In this document: positions 62,465-64,000 of the stretch, in pieces
Numbering within the stretch: position 1 is the first letter of the stretch
Layout of the letters: each line of letters begins with the position of its first letter
Program-made: the position numbers and the translations under genes
Assembly (NCBI GenBank): GCA_051546255.1
Contig: CP128816.1
Coordinates: 1,488,001 to 1,552,000 of the forward strand
Reading direction: 5' to 3'
Source of the DNA: Meyerozyma guilliermondii
Taxonomy: Eukaryota
DNA: 64,000 nucleotides
The notes under the pieces: generated by a model
Told to the model about the DNA's origin: nothing
Seen by the model: only the letters and a program-made list of their open reading frames with translations
The model's database searches: none

Positions 62465-63259
62465 TTAGACCATAAACGATTCTCCGCAACCGCAGGTTCC
62501 CTTAGAATTTGGATTCTTGAAAATGAACCTGGAGCTCAATTTATCATCCAACCATTCCATTTCCGACCCAACAATGGAGAAAAGAGCTTTCGAGTCGATC
62601 ACCACCTTGACACCATCCTGCTCCACTACCTCGTCGAACTTACCGGGTTCGGAGACATACTCCAAGTGGTATGTCAATCCAGAGCAACCTCTGTTCTTGA
62701 CCCCAATTCTGATCAACTTGGGCTCTGGCTGGTCAAGTAGTCCTTTCAAATGCTCTATTGCGCTGGGACTTAACGTTATAAGAGCCTTGCGGGGCCTCAA
62801 TGTACGTCTTGGCTTCTTCTTAGTGTGGGTCGATGTAGGGTCTGTTGTAGATGATGCTGTAGATACTTTTGGAACTTCGTTGACTTTTGGTAAAGTGGGT
62901 TCTGGGATCACGATTGTCGACTTGTCATTACTACTGCTGTGTTCTTGTTTTGCCAAATCTTCTGAATCAGTCGACTTCATCTTTGGAAGCTGTTTGCTGT
63001 CGAAACGAGACGCCCTGGATCTTCTCAATGGCGGTGTACTTTGGTCTTGTGGTATGCTAAGTGAATGTTTGGCCCATTTTGAAGAAGACGAAGTTGAATC
63101 ATCGGTGTTTCCGTACTTTAAACCAGAATAAAACCCAGGTTTTGATGAAGTTGTGGAGTGAACCGTTTGCATGAATCTCTTCCCAGCCAGTCCAGTCTCA
63201 TTTGACAAGTAGCGACGACACGCATTTTGTCCATTTATTAATATTTTTCTCGATAACAT
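62465..63259 (-). CDS. ISA1: Mitochondrial Fe-S cluster assembly A-type carrier Isa1
   Basis: Motifs GVKNRGCSGL and NPNSKGTCGCGESF; presequence-like N-terminus. Confidence 0.96.
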   Translation of the reverse strand: MLSRKILINGQNACRRYLSNETGLAGKRFMQTVHSTTSSKPGFYSGLKYGNTDDSTSSSSKWAKHSLSIPQDQSTPPLRRSRASRFDSKQLPKMKSTDSEDLAKQEHSSSNDKSTIVIPEPTLPKVNEVPKVSTASSTTDPTSTHTKKKPRRTLRPRKALITLSPSAIEHLKGLLDQPEPKLIRIGVKNRGCSGLTYHLEYVSEPGKFDEVVEQDGVKVVIDSKALFSIVGSEMEWLDDKLSSRFIFKNPNSKGTCGCGESFMV

Positions 63260-63373
63260 ATTTATATCGAGGTAATAAGAATCTAAAAGTGTACAACCAC
63301 TATTATAATTAATGTCTATTTGTAAGAAAAGGTCACGAGGGTCGCACTTGTAAGCAGCACTTTCGCAGTGATG

Positions 63374-63470
63374 ATTGGTGGAGAATCAGGAGCCGATCGC
63401 GGGAACTGAAATGCAGGAATCGTTGTGCAGGAGAAGACGATCTTTAGATCTATCTCGTGTAGAGACCAAT
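63374..63470. promoter_or_regulatory. Two CCAAT boxes upstream of ISA1
   Basis: ATTGG at 63374 and CCAAT at 63466. These are short motifs and their function is inferred only. Confidence 0.35.
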
Positions 63471-63538
63471 AGAGCCCTTTATTACACCTTTATTACATCA
63501 AAAACTTAAACTCACACTAAACTTAACTCCTCTCTTTT

Positions 63539-64000
63539 TTAAATTGCTTTCGTCTCTTTCTTCAACCAATTGTACTCGACTGAATTTTTTGCGAACGACC
63601 CACTCAATTCGTTCCAAACCTGCTGGTGGTACGCATTGATCCAGGTTTTTTCGTTTTTCGTTAACATTGAAACGTCAATCAATTTTTTGCAGAACGGAAC
63701 CTTTGTTACCGTCTCAAACTCCAAAAAGTTCTTGCCGTTGTAGCTGGTGCCACTTTCCTTGACAAACATGACATTCTCGATACGAATACCATACTCTCCC
63801 TCCTCGTAATATCCTGGTTCATTACTCAACAAATGTCCAGGTTTGAGGGTGGTAGTGGCAGCGTTAGGACGAGGTCCAATTCCAATAGGGCCCTCGTGAA
63901 CGTTCAAATAAGCTCCTACGCCATGACCGGTACCATGACCATAGTCAAGTCCATACTGCCACAAATATTGTCTGGCAACTGCATCAACAGATGCTCCCGT
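63539..64000 (-). CDS. FRA1: Xaa-Pro aminopeptidase P (M24) Fra1, 3' part only
   Basis: Motifs HGTGHGVG..LNVHEGP and SNEPGYY..G.YGIRIEN; the frame stays open to the window edge. Confidence 0.88.
   Translation of the reverse strand, partial: TGASVDAVARQYLWQYGLDYGHGTGHGVGAYLNVHEGPIGIGPRPNAATTTLKPGHLLSNEPGYYEEGEYGIRIENVMFVKESGTSYNGKNFLEFETVTKVPFCKKLIDVSMLTKNEKTWINAYHQQVWNELSGSFAKNSVEYNWLKKETKAI

Noticed and set aside
55677..63131. Antisense ORFs of 216 aa (opposite the oxidoreductase) and 204 aa (opposite ISA1)
   Set aside because: They overlap well-supported genes on the other strand and show no family motifs.

Overview
This is a gene-dense eukaryotic window from a budding yeast of the CUG-Ser (CTG) clade; the species cannot be fixed from the sequence. 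The supplied ORF track uses the wrong genetic code (CTG should be Ser) and many non-ATG starts, so I re-called the starts by hand. About 33 protein-coding genes are present: RAV1 (partial), an NGT1-like MFS transporter, a PLP decarboxylase, PET191, RSE1, FKH2, SWD1, VPS8, a class I chitin synthase, PMA1, RPC34, ARG3, a GPI-anchored SOD, a GRE2-like reductase, a BMT mannosyltransferase, RTT10, ILS1, a TilS-like gene, TAF2, VPS9, a cupin, CDC37, NAB3, an oxidoreductase, SEC20, NGL2, MOB1, a REC102-like gene, IRC19, ISA1, FRA1 (partial) and two unassigned ORFs. I found no tRNA, rRNA, transposon or CRISPR. The most notable observations are: (1) a bacterial-type tRNA(Ile) lysidine synthetase head-to-head with isoleucyl-tRNA synthetase across a ~190-bp promoter carrying Gcn4 sites; (2) a meiotic REC102-like gene hidden by a 43-nt intron with a non-consensus branch point; (3) a hidden 54-nt intron in PET191; (4) a cell-surface SOD that has lost a copper-ligand His; (5) a perfect 18x12-bp repeat in the NAB3 Q-rich tail. 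All ortholog assignments come from recalled motifs, not database searches.
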